In this document: piece by piece, positions 29,055 through 38,806 of the stretch | Position numbering within the stretch: position 1 is the first letter of the stretch | Layout: the number at the start of each line of letters is the position of its first letter | Source of the DNA: an uncultured delta proteobacterium | Lineage (GTDB): Bacteria; Myxococcota_A; Polyangia; Polyangiales; Polyangiaceae | Assembly (NCBI GenBank): GCA_963716725.1 | Contig: CAVQUB010000009.1 | Span: 224,001 to 288,000, forward strand | Length of the DNA: 64,000 bases | Direction: 5' to 3' | Position numbers and translations under genes: made by a program | Notes under the pieces: generated by a model | Told to the model about the DNA's origin: nothing | The model's input: only the letters and a program-made list of their open reading frames with translations | The model's database searches: none

Positions 29055-30368
29055 ATGCGAGAGCTCAAACGAGTCGTGGTCTTGGGAGCCAACGGGACGA
29101 TGGGAGCGGGCGCGAGCGGGCTGTTCGCGGCGAACGGGTTCGACGTGACGATGCTCGCGCGAACCTTGGACAAGGCTCGCCAGGGGCTCGGCAAGGCGAA
29201 GGAGGCGCTGCGGACGGACGTGCTCGAAGCGCGGGTGCGCTGCGGCACCTACGACGCCGATTTGGAGCGCGTCGTCTCGGAGGCTGATTTGATCTTCGAA
29301 GCGGTCTCCGAAGACCTCGCCATCAAGTTGCCCTTCCTCGATCGCATCGACAAAGCGCGCAGCCCCGGATCGCTCGTCGCCACCGTCTCGAGCGGGCTCA
29401 GCATCGCCAAGATGTGTGAAGGGCGAAGCGACGACTTCCGCCGTCACTTCATGGGCATGCACCTCTTCAATCCGCCCCACGTCATCGTCGGCACCGAGAT
29501 GATCCCCGGCCCGGACACCGATCCCGAGGTCTTCCGCGACATGTGCACCTTCGCCGAGCGGCGGCTCGGCCGCGCGGTGGTCGAGTGCCGCGACATGCCG
29601 GCCTTCGCCGGCAACCGCGTGGGATTCAAGCTGCTCAACGAGTGCACGCTGCTCGCCGAAGAGCACGGCGTCTCGAACATCGACTACTGGATCGGGCGTC
29701 ACACCGGTCGCGCCTTGGCGCCGCTCGCCACCATCGATCTCGTCGGCTGGGACGTGCACGACGCTATCGTGCAGAACCTCTACGCCAACACCTCCGACGA
29801 GGCGCACGCGCTGTTCCGCATGCCGGAGTACATGTTGCGGCTGATGGACCAGGGGCACCTGGGCAACAAGACCCCGGCCGAAGGCGGCTTCTATCGTCGG
29901 ATCACCGACGCCAACAAGAACCGCATGATCTCGGTGCTCGACCCCAAGACCGGGAGCTACTCCGAGGGCGCCGCGCCACCGCCCGAGAAGGTGGCCTTCA
30001 TCGAAGAGATGAAGGGCCTGCACGCCGTCGGCCGCTACCAGGACGCCATGCGCCTGTTGCTCGGCGCACCGGGCACCGAAGGCGAAATCGCGCGGCGGGT
30101 GATCGTCGGTTACGTGAGCTACGCGCTCAATCGCGTGGGCGCAGCCCAGGTCGTGCAGACACCGGCGGCCGTGGACTCGATCATGGGCAACGGCTTCAAC
30201 TGGGCACCACCGAGCGTGCTCGTCGACCTGTGGGGCAGAGACGCGACCATCGGCGCCATGCAGCAGCTCGGTCTGAAGGTGCCCGCGGTGGTCGAGGGGC
30301 TCGGCGCGGGGCAGCGGCTGTTCGCGGGATCGGCCGCGGGCGTCGGGCGATACTTCATCGGGAAGTGA
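29055..30368 (+). CDS. 3-hydroxyacyl-CoA dehydrogenase family protein
   Basis: AAGGAG RBS; VLGANGTMG, IFEAVSEDL..K, MHLFNPP, DLVGWD. Confidence 0.88.
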   Translation: MRELKRVVVLGANGTMGAGASGLFAANGFDVTMLARTLDKARQGLGKAKEALRTDVLEARVRCGTYDADLERVVSEADLIFEAVSEDLAIKLPFLDRIDKARSPGSLVATVSSGLSIAKMCEGRSDDFRRHFMGMHLFNPPHVIVGTEMIPGPDTDPEVFRDMCTFAERRLGRAVVECRDMPAFAGNRVGFKLLNECTLLAEEHGVSNIDYWIGRHTGRALAPLATIDLVGWDVHDAIVQNLYANTSDEAHALFRMPEYMLRLMDQGHLGNKTPAEGGFYRRITDANKNRMISVLDPKTGSYSEGAAPPPEKVAFIEEMKGLHAVGRYQDAMRLLLGAPGTEGEIARRVIVGYVSYALNRVGAAQVVQTPAAVDSIMGNGFNWAPPSVLVDLWGRDATIGAMQQLGLKVPAVVEGLGAGQRLFAGSAAGVGRYFIGK

Positions 30369-30380
30369 GAGGAACGCGAC

Positions 30381-31631
30381 ATGTCGGTGAAGAAGAGCTC
30401 TCGTTCGGTGTTCGTGCTGGGTGGTTTCCAGACGGACTTCTCCCGCAACTGGACCAAAGAGGCGAAGCACATCGTCGCGATGATGCGCGAAGCCGTGCAA
30501 GGCGCGCTCGAAACGACCCGCATCGAGCCGAAGGAGCTCGAGGTCGCCCACGTCGGCAACTTCGCGGCGGAGCTGTACTGCATGCAGGGCCACCTGGGCG
30601 CCTTCGTGCTCGAGGTGGATCCGGCGCTGCGCGGGCTGCCGACCTCGCGCCACGAAGCGGCCTGCGCCTCGGGTTCCATCGCAGCCCTGGCGGCTGCCGC
30701 CGACATCGAAGCCGGGCGCTACGACGTGGCGCTGGTGCTCGGCGTCGAGCAGATGAAGACCGTCGACAGCAAGCGGGGCGGGGAGTTCCTGGGCACGGCC
30801 GCTTGGTACGATCGCGAGGCCAAAGGCATCGACTTTCCGTTTCCGAAGCTGTTCGGCAAGCTCGGAGACGAATACGAACGGCGCTACGGGCTGAAAGACG
30901 AGCACCTCGCGCGGATCGCGACGGTGAACTACGCCAACGCCAAGCTCAACCCCAACGCGCAGACCCGCAACTGGTTCATGAGCTACGAGCACGCCTGCGG
31001 AGCGGGCCCCTTCAACGCGCACGTGGGCGGGCGCATCAAGATCTCCGACTGCTCACAGGTCACCGACGGCGCGGCCGCCATCGTGCTCGCCTCGGAGGAA
31101 TTCGCGAAGAAGTGGGCTCAGCGCGCGGGGCTCGAGCTCTCGGCGGTGCCGAGGGTGCTCGGCTGGGGGCACCGAACCGCGCCCATTGAATTTTCCACGA
31201 AGGTCGAGGAGAGCCGAAACGATCCCTTCGTCTTGCCGCACACGCGCCGCGCCATCGTCGACGCCTTCGAGCGCGCCAGCCTCTCGGGAGTCGAGCAGAT
31301 CCACGCCATCGAGACCCACGACTGCTTCACCACCAGCGAGTACATGGCCATCGATCACTTCGGCCTGACCCCGCCGGGAAAGAGCTGGCAGGCGATCGAA
31401 GCGGGTGTGATCGAGATCGGCGGCAAGTGCCCGATCAACCCCAGCGGCGGCCTGATCGGCGCCGGTCATCCGGTGGGCGCCACCGGCACCCGCCAGCTGC
31501 TCGACGCCTGGCTCCAAGTCACGGGCAAGGCGGGCGACTACCAAGTGAACGGTGCGCGACGCGTGGCGACGCTCAACATCGGCGGATCGGGCACCACCAG
31601 CGTGGTGCACGTCGTCGGCTTCGGCAGCTGA
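30381..31631 (+). CDS. acetyl-CoA acyltransferase (thiolase, SCP2-type HDCF class)
   Basis: EAACASG, DCSQVTDGAAA, ETHDCF, GHPVGATG, LNIGG. Confidence 0.9.
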   Translation: MSVKKSSRSVFVLGGFQTDFSRNWTKEAKHIVAMMREAVQGALETTRIEPKELEVAHVGNFAAELYCMQGHLGAFVLEVDPALRGLPTSRHEAACASGSIAALAAAADIEAGRYDVALVLGVEQMKTVDSKRGGEFLGTAAWYDREAKGIDFPFPKLFGKLGDEYERRYGLKDEHLARIATVNYANAKLNPNAQTRNWFMSYEHACGAGPFNAHVGGRIKISDCSQVTDGAAAIVLASEEFAKKWAQRAGLELSAVPRVLGWGHRTAPIEFSTKVEESRNDPFVLPHTRRAIVDAFERASLSGVEQIHAIETHDCFTTSEYMAIDHFGLTPPGKSWQAIEAGVIEIGGKCPINPSGGLIGAGHPVGATGTRQLLDAWLQVTGKAGDYQVNGARRVATLNIGGSGTTSVVHVVGFGS

Positions 31632-31664
31632 GCTCGAGCGGCGCTCCCGACGGGCGTCCCTCGC

Positions 31665-32195
31665 CTACTTCTTGGGCTGCGTGAGGCAGATCCCTCCGCT
31701 GCTCGTCCAGTTGAGGCAGTCCACTTCGGCGCCGGACGGATCGTTGACCGTGGTGCCGCCGGGCTGTTCGATCTGCGGAGGCCCCGCCGCGCACTGGCAA
31801 TCCGGCAGCGTCGCGCGCCAGGCCGTCTCGCAGGCTTGAAGCTCAGCGAGGCGCGCCGCATCGACGCCCATCAGCAGCGTATTGCCGCAGCAGTCGGTCT
31901 GGTGAACCATGATGGCGCAAGATTGGCTCCCGCCGCACATCTTGAGCTGGTAGGCCGTGAACTCGCCGTTTGCGTCGAAGCACTTCAGGTATTCGCCGCC
32001 ATCGGTCGTCGTACCGCCAGAGCCACCAGCGCCGCCGGTTCCACCCGCGCCTCCGGCGCCGCCGACTCCTCCGGTCGATGCCCCGCCGGTCGACGCGCCT
32101 CCGGTGCCATCGGACTCCGACGATCCGCCGCAGGCCGCGGCGAGCGACAGCGCCAGGAGGGGAGACAGCAGCCAGGTCGCGAGTTGCTTGCTCAT
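31665..32195 (-). CDS. small Cys-rich lipoprotein
   Basis: LAAAC lipobox, Gly linker, DCCGN Cys module. Confidence 0.75.
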   Translation of the reverse strand: MSKQLATWLLSPLLALSLAAACGGSSESDGTGGASTGGASTGGVGGAGGAGGTGGAGGSGGTTTDGGEYLKCFDANGEFTAYQLKMCGGSQSCAIMVHQTDCCGNTLLMGVDAARLAELQACETAWRATLPDCQCAAGPPQIEQPGGTTVNDPSGAEVDCLNWTSSGGICLTQPKK

Positions 32196-32251
32196 GGGGA
32201 GCATCTTCGCTCGCGAGGGTGGCGAAGGTCCATGCCCAATCGCTGCCGCGC

Positions 32252-32995
32252 TCACGCCAGCCGCTCGATCGCCGGCCGGAACGCGGCCTTGGCCTTGCCA
32301 ATCACCGGATCGCCGTGCGCGGGCAAGACATGATCGAACTCGAGCTCGAGGACGCGGCGAACCTCGGCGTGGTCGGGCTTCGCGCTGCGCAGCCAGCCGG
32401 GACCGACGGCGTGCGGCTTGATGAAGCCCATGACGCGCATCATCAGCCCGCCGATGAACGAGAACTGCTCGTCGGCCCGCTGCCAGTTTTGGAGCGAGTC
32501 GCCGGTGATCAGAATGCCGCCCTCGCGCTCGAGCACCAGGATGCCCTCGGGCACCTTGGCTGACGGAAACGTGAACAGCTTCGCGCCGTCGATGGGCAGC
32601 GCGGTGCTCTCGTCGATCTCGATTTCGGCGTGAAAATAGGCCTTGTCGGGCGAGGGCGCGTCGAACCCGGACGCGTAGTGCTGCCCTTTCAGGCACCAGA
32701 CCTTCGCGCCGTACCGCTCCTTGTAGAAGGGGTCGTCCATGCCGTGAAAACCCGCGATGCGGATCACGTGCTCGACCTTGCCCAGCCGATCGAGGGCCGC
32801 GAGACCGGCATCGTCCAATCGCAGCGAATGGACGATCACGAGCGATCCGCCCTGGCGCACGACGACCATGTTGCGGCTGAAGCGCATCGGGATGCCGAAG
32901 CGCACCGCGACCGAGCCAGTGACGATGAAGACGTCATCGAAGAGCTGGCGAAGCGCGCCGTGGGGGGTGGGCTTGGGGTGCTCGCGGCTCGGCAT
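32252..32995 (-). CDS. metallo-beta-lactamase-fold protein (DUF4336-like)
   Basis: RNMVVVR, GFHGMDD, ILITGD, VLPAHG. Confidence 0.7.
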   Translation of the reverse strand: MPSREHPKPTPHGALRQLFDDVFIVTGSVAVRFGIPMRFSRNMVVVRQGGSLVIVHSLRLDDAGLAALDRLGKVEHVIRIAGFHGMDDPFYKERYGAKVWCLKGQHYASGFDAPSPDKAYFHAEIEIDESTALPIDGAKLFTFPSAKVPEGILVLEREGGILITGDSLQNWQRADEQFSFIGGLMMRVMGFIKPHAVGPGWLRSAKPDHAEVRRVLELEFDHVLPAHGDPVIGKAKAAFRPAIERLA

Positions 32996-33060
32996 CTGGC
33001 GCCAACGCTAACATGCGGGCAGTGCTGGAGTCGGGTGCGTGGTCGGCTTAAGCTCGCTCG

Positions 33061-33579
33061 GTGAGGTTGGTGCCACACTCGCTCGTGCTCGGCTTGTTCG
33101 CACTCGCGTGCGCGCCCAGACCTGCTCCGAGCAAGCCCGCAGCGCCCAGGGTTCACGCGGAGCCAACGCCCCTGCCGAGCGCGCCTGCCGCGGCGCCCGC
33201 CGAATCCCCCACCCCTCCGCCAACTCCGGAACCCGAAGTCGAGCACACCGACGGCGGCGTCGGCGCTCCGGACGCAGCCACGGGCCCCAAGCGCCTCACG
33301 CGCTTCCACTGCTTCGGCTGGGTGCACGGTCCGGACCACGCCACCGACTGTTTTCGGAGCGCTGCCAAGTGCGAGAAGGCGCGGCTCGACATGAAGAAGG
33401 GCGCGCGCGACGTCTTCCCTCGCTGCGACGTCGACGAGGGCGCGTGGTGCACGCGAGTCGGGCGCGGCAGCGGGCCCAAAGCCGACGAGCGCTGCTTCGG
33501 ATCTGCCAACGACTGCGCTCGATACGAAGGTTACGTGCAGGGCAACGGGCTCACCACCAGGGGCTGCGTCGAGCATTGA
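33061..33579 (+). CDS. Pro/Cys-rich lipoprotein
   Basis: ALAC lipobox; two CF.SA..C repeats. Confidence 0.72.
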   Translation: MRLVPHSLVLGLFALACAPRPAPSKPAAPRVHAEPTPLPSAPAAAPAESPTPPPTPEPEVEHTDGGVGAPDAATGPKRLTRFHCFGWVHGPDHATDCFRSAAKCEKARLDMKKGARDVFPRCDVDEGAWCTRVGRGSGPKADERCFGSANDCARYEGYVQGNGLTTRGCVEH

Positions 33580-34505
33580 CCGCGCCGGCTCTCCGCCACC
33601 TCCGCGCCCACGTCGAGCACACGGAGCGCGGCGTCGCGTTTCGCGTGCCGGCTTGGCATTGGGCGTGGCGGGGGGCGGTGCTCGCGCTCGCGCTTCCTCC
33701 CCTGTTCACCGTCCTCGCGGTGCTGCTGAGCGTCGGCGAAGACGGCGTGTCCGCGCCGAGCGTCGTCATCGCTGGGCTCGGGGGGTGCTCCTTCGTCGCC
33801 GGTCTGATGGTCGCGCTGCTCTCTCCGCTGCTCTCGTCGCGCACGCGCACCGCGTTCGACTTTGCCGACGCTACATTCACGAGCGCGCGCTTGCCGCATC
33901 CGGTTCCCGTCGCGCAGATCAGCAGCATCGCGCTGGCGCAGACGAGCACGCTGAGCTCCTTCATCGAAATCCGCGCGCTCCGCTCCGGGCAGCGTCCGGT
34001 CCGGATCCTCGGGCCCTTGGTGCCGAAGCACGCGGGGGAGGCCGCTGAGCTCGCGGACTTTCTCGCGCGGAGGTTGAACGTGCCCGTCGATCTCGGGCGC
34101 CAAGCCGCGCCGGCCGGAGACACCGGCGGAAGTGATCGCCTCGCGGGCGCGCTCTGCTACTTGCCCATTCAGGGAGTGTTCATCCTCGCGTCGCTCTATT
34201 ACTTGTTCGCGGCGAAGCAGCGCCCGTTCGTGCGTTTCTGTGCGATCCAGAGCTCGAGCCAGTTCGTGTTCTCGATCTTGGTGCTCGGAGTCGTCTTGAC
34301 CGCGCTCGGCGTGCCGGTCGCCATGACTGATCCGTCGCCCATTCAGACCGCGCTGATCGTGCTGTTGGCGCTGGCTCTCACCGGGTTCTGGCTCTGGAAT
34401 CTGGCGACCCACGTGTTTGCGTGTTGGTCCGCCTACAAGGGACGCCTCTGGGTCATGCCGTGGCTCGGGTTCTGGGTGCGGAGGTTCTTGCCCGACGACT
34501 CGTGA
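33576..34505 (+). CDS. membrane protein with C-terminal DUF4870-like domain
   Basis: TTGA overlap; LAGALCYLP...FVRFCAIQS...AYKGRLWVMPWLG. Confidence 0.7.
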   Translation: MTAPALRHLRAHVEHTERGVAFRVPAWHWAWRGAVLALALPPLFTVLAVLLSVGEDGVSAPSVVIAGLGGCSFVAGLMVALLSPLLSSRTRTAFDFADATFTSARLPHPVPVAQISSIALAQTSTLSSFIEIRALRSGQRPVRILGPLVPKHAGEAAELADFLARRLNVPVDLGRQAAPAGDTGGSDRLAGALCYLPIQGVFILASLYYLFAAKQRPFVRFCAIQSSSQFVFSILVLGVVLTALGVPVAMTDPSPIQTALIVLLALALTGFWLWNLATHVFACWSAYKGRLWVMPWLGFWVRRFLPDDS

Positions 34506-34514
34506 GCAGTGCGC

Positions 34515-34586
34515 GACGGCAAGACCTACGGCAACTCCTGCGAGGCCCGCATGGCTGCGGTCAACGTGGCGGGCAAGGGCGCGTGC
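34515..34586 (+). pseudogene. Kazal-type domain fragment (gene relic)
   Basis: DGKTYGNSCEARMAAVNVAGKGAC is the C-terminal half of a Kazal domain; the N-terminal half and signal peptide are absent. Confidence 0.65.
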
Positions 34587-34681
34587 AAGCAGCCGCAAGC
34601 GCGGCGGGGGGCTCCGGCGGACCTGCGGGGCGCTGGTAATCCGTCATCGTGCACCTTTCCGCCCCGCGACACTCGTGGCAC

Positions 34682-36649
34682 ATGCGCGGGATGCAGGCGG
34701 GCGACGACCTCGACGCCGGAGCACCGCAAGGGAGCCTCTGGCAGCGGCTGGCGCCCGCGCGCGATCGCCCCTGGCCCGAGCGCGCCGCCGCCACGCTGCT
34801 GTTCACGGTCGCCTACCTGGCCGCCGTGGCCGCGGTGGTCTGGATCCAGGGCTACACCTTCGTCTACGGCAACGTGGCCGTCAGTGTGCCCCAGGTGCTC
34901 GCGCTGACCGACCCCACGCTCTTCCGCAACGACCTCTGCCACCAGTCAGTGCTGGCCGCGTCGCCGCGCATCTACATCAACGGGTTGGTGGCCCTCACGG
35001 CCAAGCTCGGCGTCACCGACGTACCCGGCGCCTACTTCCTGTGGTTCGTGGTGTCCGTCGCTTCCTACGTGGCGGGCTGCTTGGCCATTGGCACGCGGGT
35101 GTCGTCGCGAGCGGCAGGCGCCCTGTTGGCGTTCTTGGGGGTGGCCGCCACCAAGGCCACCATCGGCTCCGTAGACATCTTGCACCAGCATCGCCACTTC
35201 GAGCCCGCCATGTTGGCCATGGGCTTCAGCGTGTGGGGCATCTACTTCGTCTTGGGCAAGCGCTTCACGACGGGCTTTGCAATGTTCGGTGTCGCCGCGC
35301 TGTTTCAGTTCTTGGTCGGGTTCATTCCGGGCGCGCTGATAGCGCCGGCGCTGGGGGTGTTGGCGCTGAAAGAGCGCAACGCCTGGACCTTGCTGCGCCC
35401 AATGCTGCCCTTTGCCGCGGGTCTGGGCGCCGTCTATTTGCCCATGGCGCTGGCCGGCGCCACGTCTACCAAGGTGCCGGACGACGTCTTCGTCTTCCTC
35501 TACGCCCACGTCAGAAACCCGCATCACGTCTCGCCCGCGGCCTGGCCCCCCGTCGCCTGGCAGGAGCTTGTCCTCTTCTCGTTGGGTGGCGTCGCGTGCG
35601 TGCTGGGAGCGCGCACGCTGTCGCGCCTGCAGCGCGGAGTTTTGATCAGCATCATTGGCTGTACGTGGCTCGGACTGCTGGCCAATTGGTACTTCGTAGA
35701 CATCGCGCCAAATGCGTTCGTGGCCAAGCTGCAGCTGGCGCGCTGCACGCCCTTCGCCAAGCTGGCGGTGCTGGTCGCGCTCTCTGCATTGGCCGCCGAC
35801 TGCTTCGAGCGCGGGCTCGGTGGCCTTGGCCTGCTGCTGGTGCTCACGGCCTTGAACCCATTTAGGAGCTGGCACTTGCTGGCCGCGTCCCTGATCGCGT
35901 CCCTGGCCGCGCGCTTTGGCCCCGCGCGGCTTCCGGCGGCGGTGCGCGCCGTCTCCTGGGCCGCCGGTGCAGCGGCCTTGATCTTCTACTTGGGCGGCGA
36001 CGCCGGCGGCTTCGCAAAAACGTGGGCACTCTTCCAGCGCGTGTCGGGCCCGCGCTTTGCAGAGGGGCCGTTGCTGTTCGCGATGCTAGCCGCGCCCGTG
36101 GCCGTCACCGCAGCCTTTGCCCTACGCCGGCGCTGGTTGCGCGTTGGACTGGCCAGCCTGGTGGCCCTCGCGGTGTGCGTCAGCGCGTACCAGGTGGCAC
36201 GACCGAGACCAAAGCTCGCGCGCGCCTTGACGCACCCGGTGCACACCCAGTGGCAGCCCCGCAGCGCCGTGGAGCGCGTCGCCTTCTCGCTGCGCCAGAC
36301 CACTCCACCGGACGCCGTGGTGCTGGTCCCTCCCGCCTTCGAGTCGTTTCAGATCCACTCGCATCGCGCCGCGGTCGTGACCTTCAAGTGCATTCCGCTG
36401 GGCGAAGCCGAGCTCGTGGAGTGGGGCAAGCGCATGGCGCGGGTGCTGGGCGTGCCCACCGGAGTTCAAACGTCGTGGCGCGGGGATCTGGACGGACCCT
36501 ACTACCGCCGCAGCGCCGACGACCTGCGCGCCGTGGCTCGGGAGTACGGCGCGCGCTACTTGCTGACCAAGACGGGGGCGCACCCCGGGCTCGTCGCGCC
36601 GGTCGTGGCCGCCGAGGGCGGCTTCGTGGTCTACGATCTGGGATCATGA
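34682..36649 (+). CDS. polytopic membrane protein, DUF6798-like (possible GT-C glycosyltransferase)
   Basis: Many TM helices; DPTLFRND, RNPHH; C-terminal TPPDAVVLVPP...RAAVVTFKCIP...EW..R. Confidence 0.7.
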   Translation: MRGMQAGDDLDAGAPQGSLWQRLAPARDRPWPERAAATLLFTVAYLAAVAAVVWIQGYTFVYGNVAVSVPQVLALTDPTLFRNDLCHQSVLAASPRIYINGLVALTAKLGVTDVPGAYFLWFVVSVASYVAGCLAIGTRVSSRAAGALLAFLGVAATKATIGSVDILHQHRHFEPAMLAMGFSVWGIYFVLGKRFTTGFAMFGVAALFQFLVGFIPGALIAPALGVLALKERNAWTLLRPMLPFAAGLGAVYLPMALAGATSTKVPDDVFVFLYAHVRNPHHVSPAAWPPVAWQELVLFSLGGVACVLGARTLSRLQRGVLISIIGCTWLGLLANWYFVDIAPNAFVAKLQLARCTPFAKLAVLVALSALAADCFERGLGGLGLLLVLTALNPFRSWHLLAASLIASLAARFGPARLPAAVRAVSWAAGAAALIFYLGGDAGGFAKTWALFQRVSGPRFAEGPLLFAMLAAPVAVTAAFALRRRWLRVGLASLVALAVCVSAYQVARPRPKLARALTHPVHTQWQPRSAVERVAFSLRQTTPPDAVVLVPPAFESFQIHSHRAAVVTFKCIPLGEAELVEWGKRMARVLGVPTGVQTSWRGDLDGPYYRRSADDLRAVAREYGARYLLTKTGAHPGLVAPVVAAEGGFVVYDLGS

Positions 36650-36669
36650 CCCGGCGGCGCTTGCCGGGC

Positions 36670-38343
36670 TCAGCCCTTGATCACCTTCAGCATCTGAAGC
36701 ACGGGCTTCATCACGCCACCGAGACCTTCACCCACGATGGCGCCCACGGCGAGCGTCGTCAGCGTGAGGTCTTTGACCTTGAAGCCCTTGCCGAGCAGGC
36801 CCCAGAACACGAGCCCGCCCAAGAAGAAGGCGAAGTCGTAGGCCACCGGCAGCACGAGCGCGATTCCGATGCCGACGGACGACGGCAAGTACTTGTGCAG
36901 CTTCTGGTTCTCTTCGAGGACCACGTAGACGACTCCGACGGCCGCTGCGATCGCCATGGCCTTCATCGCCCCGGGCGGCATCGGGGTCGAGCCGTCGAAG
37001 ATCAGCGCCGTGGCCGCCCACATCTTGGCCACCGGCGCCGGCAGGTCACCGCCGTCGAGCGCGATCGTCTTGGTCTTGCTGATCCACTCGAACACGTAAG
37101 CGCTCACCACCGCGCAAGGCACGATGGTCAGGGTCTGGGCCCAGAACTGCCAGCGGCTGGGCACCTTCAACCAGCGCCCGTAGGCCATGTCACCGGTGAG
37201 ATTTCCGGCCTGGGCGCCGCTGCCGGCGACGAAGCCCGCACCCGCCAGGTTGGTCGCGGCGCTCGAGCCGCCGGCCATGGCGGTGACCCCTTGCAAGAGC
37301 ACGCCCATCACGCGTGCCGGGTTGAACGCGGTCTGAGCTGCGGCGCGAGTCGCGATCACGTTCTGCAAGAAGCCGCCGACGACCACCAAGACCAGGACCA
37401 GGAGCAGGTTGAGACCGAGGGCCAGTGACGAAAACAACGAAGTCGCGACCAGTGCCACGGCGATGAAGATGAGGTAGGTGCGTGGACGCAACACGGGGTC
37501 GTCGTCGTCGGGATTCGAGCCGCGGATCGATACCAGGCTCTTCACGCTAGAGACGACGACGCGCCAGTTCACCAACATCAGGGTGATGCCCGTCGAGACC
37601 AGGAAGCCGATGCCGGGCCAGACGTAGCGATGGGGCGCTGCGGGGGTCGGAAGGTGCGGCGCCATGATCAGCAGAATGCATCCGCCGACCAAGAAACCGA
37701 TGCAAGTGCGCATGCCCATGAGAAACGCCCCGCCGATGGCGAAGGGCGACCAGGCGACCGCCGCGCCGTAGGCGGCCAGGCCCAGTAGCGGGATTTCCGT
37801 GCTCTCGGGCACGATGCCGAAACCGCCGTCCTTATTGAGGACCACGTAGGCGATGCAGGCGAGCACGCTGGCGACGAGATAGTAGGGCTGCTTGGGATCG
37901 CCCTTCTCGACCAGCGCCTCGATCACGCTGGCGGTGGCCTTGGAGCCCGGCCACGGCAGGTTCTCGCGCAAGATGAGCAGGTCACGGAGCGGGATCACGA
38001 AGACCAAACCGATCAGGCTGGTCACGACGGCAAAGCCCGCCATCTCGAAGACCGTGTAGGGAGTCCCGGTCATGGCCTTGGCCGCGTAGAAGTTGCTGAT
38101 GAAGCCCAGGCTTCCGCCAGCGCTTCCCATGGTCGCCACGATCACCATCTCGGGCGAGGTGATGGCGGTCTTCGACAAGAAGAAGAACGCGAAGAAAAAC
38201 AACGCCGCGATGGTCGGGCCTTCTTCGATCACGCCGAACGAGAGCGTCAGATAGGAGTTGATGCCACAGAGCAGAACGGCCAAGACGAACCCGGCGATGA
38301 GGGCTCTGAGTGACGGTCGCTGCGGTAGTGCAGTGGTGTTCAC
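36670..38343 (-). CDS. OPT/YSL family oligopeptide transporter
   Basis: NSYLTLSFG, LPWPGSKATA, LPAPVAKMW, GAIVGEGL; multiple TM helices. Confidence 0.88.
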   Translation of the reverse strand: MNTTALPQRPSLRALIAGFVLAVLLCGINSYLTLSFGVIEEGPTIAALFFFAFFFLSKTAITSPEMVIVATMGSAGGSLGFISNFYAAKAMTGTPYTVFEMAGFAVVTSLIGLVFVIPLRDLLILRENLPWPGSKATASVIEALVEKGDPKQPYYLVASVLACIAYVVLNKDGGFGIVPESTEIPLLGLAAYGAAVAWSPFAIGGAFLMGMRTCIGFLVGGCILLIMAPHLPTPAAPHRYVWPGIGFLVSTGITLMLVNWRVVVSSVKSLVSIRGSNPDDDDPVLRPRTYLIFIAVALVATSLFSSLALGLNLLLVLVLVVVGGFLQNVIATRAAAQTAFNPARVMGVLLQGVTAMAGGSSAATNLAGAGFVAGSGAQAGNLTGDMAYGRWLKVPSRWQFWAQTLTIVPCAVVSAYVFEWISKTKTIALDGGDLPAPVAKMWAATALIFDGSTPMPPGAMKAMAIAAAVGVVYVVLEENQKLHKYLPSSVGIGIALVLPVAYDFAFFLGGLVFWGLLGKGFKVKDLTLTTLAVGAIVGEGLGGVMKPVLQMLKVIKG

Positions 38344-38405
38344 GGGGCGCGAAGCTATCACGGGGCCCCTTGCCGAAGGCACCCAATGCGTCGCATGGTC
38401 GCGCC

Positions 38406-38738
38406 ATGGAAGCCGCCGCTGTCGTCATCTTGTGCACCGCTCCGGCAGCCGGCGACGTGGCGGTCACGCTCGCGCGCGGATTGGTGGAAGGCAGGCTCGC
38501 CGCCTGCGTCAACCTGATCCCCGGAGTGCGCTCGCTGTACACCTGGAAGGACGAGCTCGCGGACGACGAGGAGGTGCAGCTGGTGATCAAGACCCAGGGT
38601 TCGCTCTACCCTGCCGTCGAGGCCTGGCTCCGCGAGCACCACCCCTACGAAGAGCCCGAGATCCTGGCGCTGCCGGTGACCCTGGGGTCACCCGGCTACC
38701 TCGCGTGGCTCGCTCGGCAAACGACGAGGCCCCAATGA
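38406..38738 (+). CDS. cutA: divalent-cation tolerance protein CutA
   Basis: LVEGRLAACVN, SLYTWK, IKT, HPYEEPEI. Confidence 0.93.
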   Translation: MEAAAVVILCTAPAAGDVAVTLARGLVEGRLAACVNLIPGVRSLYTWKDELADDEEVQLVIKTQGSLYPAVEAWLREHHPYEEPEILALPVTLGSPGYLAWLARQTTRPQ

Positions 38739-38806
38739 GCGTGAGCCCCGCGACCGAGTGCTCGGCGGCGGGGCTCGCGTTCCGGAACGGCCGGGCGGCT
38801 GTGCGC

